A stretch of 62,048 nucleotides of DNA, filler included, from Anaerolineae bacterium (GTDB lineage: Bacteria > Chloroflexota > Anaerolineae > Epilineales > Epilineaceae), in assembly GCA_029262755.1 (NCBI GenBank). It is 6 parts of 6 records of this genome, joined end to end, with 100 filler letters (N's around TTAATTAATTAA, not from the genome) between each part and the next. Parts side by side here need not be neighbours in the genome. Positions count along the whole stretch, not along the records: positions 55,966 to 62,048 come from JAJCYU010000307.1; 5 more parts are not named here. One strand, given 5' to 3'. This document shows positions 60,071 through 62,048 of this stretch, piece after piece. Every line of letters begins with the position of its first letter. The stretch's first letter is position 1. The notes under the pieces were generated by a model. The model ran no database searches and was not told where the DNA came from. It saw nothing but the letters and a program-made list of their open reading frames with translations. The position numbers and the translations under genes are program-made.

Positions 60071-60122
60071 GGCAGGCTCCTCAAGGGGCGCAGGAGTGTA
60101 GCATGCGGATAGCGGGCACGCG

Positions 60123-60152
60123 TTGACACGTTGCGGAAACGCCACCTACACT
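60123..60152 (+). promoter_or_regulatory. Probable promoter for tRNA-Arg
   Basis: TTGACA (60123-60128), 18-nt spacer, TACACT (60147-60152), about 35 nt before the tRNA. Confidence 0.55.
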
Positions 60153-60186
60153 CCCCATCCTGGAGAATGCTCCGGAACATGAGCTT

Positions 60187-60260
60187 GCCCCCGTAGCTCA
60201 GTGGATTAGAGCAGCGGATTTCTACTCCGCCGGTCGCAGGTTCGAGTCCTGCCGGGGGTA
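60187..60260 (+). tRNA. tRNA-Arg (anticodon TCT)
   Basis: Acceptor GCCCCCG/CGGGGGT plus A discriminator. D arm GCTC..GAGC. Anticodon arm GCGGA-TT TCT AC-TCCGC. T arm GCAGG-TTCGAGT-CCTGC. Confidence 0.96.
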
Positions 60261-60351
60261 CTACCGCCTCGCAACGTGCACGTTGCGGCGCAAGGAGCGT
60301 CTTGGCTACACTGCAAGAGGCTTTGATGGGATCAGGCCGCGGGAGGGTGGC

Positions 60352-60834
60352 ATGGCCGAGCAGCGCCACGACAACGAGCACGATGCCGACCGGCCGGATC
60401 CGAATGTGGATCCGGCGGCAACGGAATCCATTCCGTTGAAGGGCATTCCTGCCGAGATGAGCTTGATCCGGGAGTGGGCGGTTCACATCACGGTGCCGAT
60501 ATGGCTGGTCGATGCCGATGGGAATCTCGTGTATTACAACGAGCCTGCGGAAGGGTTGCTCGGACGCCGATTCGATTCCTCCGGTGGGATCCCCGGCGTC
60601 GAGCTCGTCGCGCTGTTCGACATCACGACTCCGGAAGGCGATCCGCTCTCCGACGAGGAACTTCCCATCGCCCTAGCACTCCATGGTCGAAGGCCTGTCC
60701 ATCGGCGGCTGCGCATCGTGGCACTGGATCGTCGCCCGCGGCTTATCGAGGTTTCGGCGCTACCGTTGCTGCGGCACGACGGTGCCTTTCTCGGAGCCGT
60801 CGCGTTGTTCTGGGAACGAGAGCAAGCCGTCTGA
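60352..60834 (+). CDS. Stand-alone PAS-domain protein
   Basis: PIWLVDADGNLVYYNEPAEGLLG, then RLIEVSALPL...GAFLGAVALFWE. Confidence 0.85.
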   Translation: MAEQRHDNEHDADRPDPNVDPAATESIPLKGIPAEMSLIREWAVHITVPIWLVDADGNLVYYNEPAEGLLGRRFDSSGGIPGVELVALFDITTPEGDPLSDEELPIALALHGRRPVHRRLRIVALDRRPRLIEVSALPLLRHDGAFLGAVALFWEREQAV

Positions 60835-60988
60835 TCGGGCTCGAACGCGGCGTTGGTTTGTGACATCCGTCACAGTCGAACCGTGGCGGTCGCACTGGAG
60901 ACGAAGCGCGCGTCCGGGGTACAATCAATGCGCAGGATGCGCACCATGGGACGGATGCAGCCGAAGCGCCACCATCATCGAGGAACCG

Positions 60989-61420
60989 ATGCCCGCCATG
61001 CCGATCGAGCTGATCTTGATGCGGCAGTGGTCTTTGCACTTGGCCACGCCGGTGCTCATCGTCGATACACAGGATCATCTCGTCTTTCTCAACGACGCAG
61101 CCCAGGCCCTCATCGGCGTGGGGGCCGTTGGATTGTTGGGTCGGCCACTATCGGAGTTGGCGGTTGCCTGGGGGGTGCACGATCACGCGACCGACCTCCC
61201 GTTGGACGACGCACAACTGGCCGTTTCGACCCTGGCGAGTAATCGCGGGCCAAAACATATCCGGCTGCGTTTTCAACAAGCGGATGGAGGCCAACGGATC
61301 GTCGACATGACGGCTCTACCGCTCGAGGGCCAAGGCGAGCGGGACGTCCATGCCGACACATCACCGCGTGGAGCCATCCTCGGCGCCGCACTTCTGTTCT
61401 GGGAGGTCGAAGAGTCATGA
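60989..61420 (+). CDS. Stand-alone PAS-domain protein (paralogue of the preceding gene)
   Basis: IELILMRQW, PVLIVDTQDHLVFLNDAAQALIG, VDMTALPL and GAALLFWE. RBS GAGGA. Confidence 0.82.
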   Translation: MPAMPIELILMRQWSLHLATPVLIVDTQDHLVFLNDAAQALIGVGAVGLLGRPLSELAVAWGVHDHATDLPLDDAQLAVSTLASNRGPKHIRLRFQQADGGQRIVDMTALPLEGQGERDVHADTSPRGAILGAALLFWEVEES

Positions 61421-62048
61421 AGGTCAAAATTTGGGGTTCGAGGGGTTCGATGCCGGTGTCCAATCCAGCCATGGCACGGTATGGCGGAAACACATCGTGC
61501 GTCGAGGTGATGGGTGACGACGGCACACGGATCGTGCTCGATGCGGGCACGGGCATTCGAGGACTTGGGGCGACAATCGGTCCCGACGCGCGCCGGATCG
61601 ACATCTTGCTTACCCACCTGCACCTGGATCACATCCACGGCCTCGGGTTCTTTGCCCCCATGCAGCGCGACGATCTCGACGTAAACATCTGGGGCCCGCC
61701 CTCGACGCTCCATCGCCTCCAGGACCGGCTCGCGCGCTATCTTTCGCCGCCGCTCTTTCCTACCAGCCTCGCCGAATTGCCGAGCCGACCCAACGTGCTC
61801 GACTTTCCGCGACGCAGGGATACGGAAGGCCCTTCCATCGTGACAAGCTTTGGTGATCTCGAGGTGTCTGCGGAGTTTATCAGCCACCCCGGCCTGACCT
61901 ACGGCTACCGGATCGAAGAGCGCTCGACGGGCCAGAGCCTCGCCTACCTGCCCGACCATTCACCCGCGCTGCCGTTGGAGTTGAATCTCTGGCGAGACGA
62001 CCGCTGGCGAACGAGCCTCGACCGGGATTGGGTGTCGGGATATGGACT
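61417..62048 (+). CDS. MBL-fold metallohydrolase (RNase Z/phosphodiesterase-like), runs off the window at its 3' end
   Basis: MKVKIWGSRGS...YGGNTSCVEV, LDAGTG, THLHLDHIHG and HPGLTYGYRI. The start overlaps the PAS stop (ATGA). Absent from the ORF track because it has no stop in the window. Confidence 0.9.
   Translation, partial: MKVKIWGSRGSMPVSNPAMARYGGNTSCVEVMGDDGTRIVLDAGTGIRGLGATIGPDARRIDILLTHLHLDHIHGLGFFAPMQRDDLDVNIWGPPSTLHRLQDRLARYLSPPLFPTSLAELPSRPNVLDFPRRRDTEGPSIVTSFGDLEVSAEFISHPGLTYGYRIEERSTGQSLAYLPDHSPALPLELNLWRDDRWRTSLDRDWVSGYG

Overview
This window is not contiguous DNA. It is six assembly contigs joined by 100-nt N/TTAATTAATTAA/N linkers at 10064-10163, 23223-23322, 36460-36559, 46365-46464 and 55866-55965, so adjacency across a linker means nothing. 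Five contigs are very GC-rich and look like one bacterium, most plausibly a Chloroflexota member; this is inferred from the style of its secreted proteins. Those contigs are dominated by large secreted or surface proteins: a >2500-aa protein missing from the ORF track (two tandem copies of a ~690-aa domain I cannot name, then DUF11 repeats), a DUF11-FN3-dockerin-cohesin protein, VWA proteins, beta-propeller paralogues, an S8 protease, a serine hydrolase and a PEP-CTERM propeller protein. Housekeeping genes include icmF, ggt, pgeF, pdxH, a cyclase-family hydrolase, metH, trmI, a TrmH-family methylase and tRNA-Arg(TCT). Contig 5 (46465-55865) is a compositionally distinct polysaccharide-biosynthesis block beside an IS3-family end. 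The best leads are the giant duplicated-domain S-layer-like protein, a recurrent short C-terminal [IV]-[YWF]-L-P motif alongside two other C-terminal tags, an unassigned promoter-structured RNA-terminator unit at 23323-23486, and a PAS-PAS-MBL signalling cassette. All family assignments come from motif recognition by eye; no searches were run.
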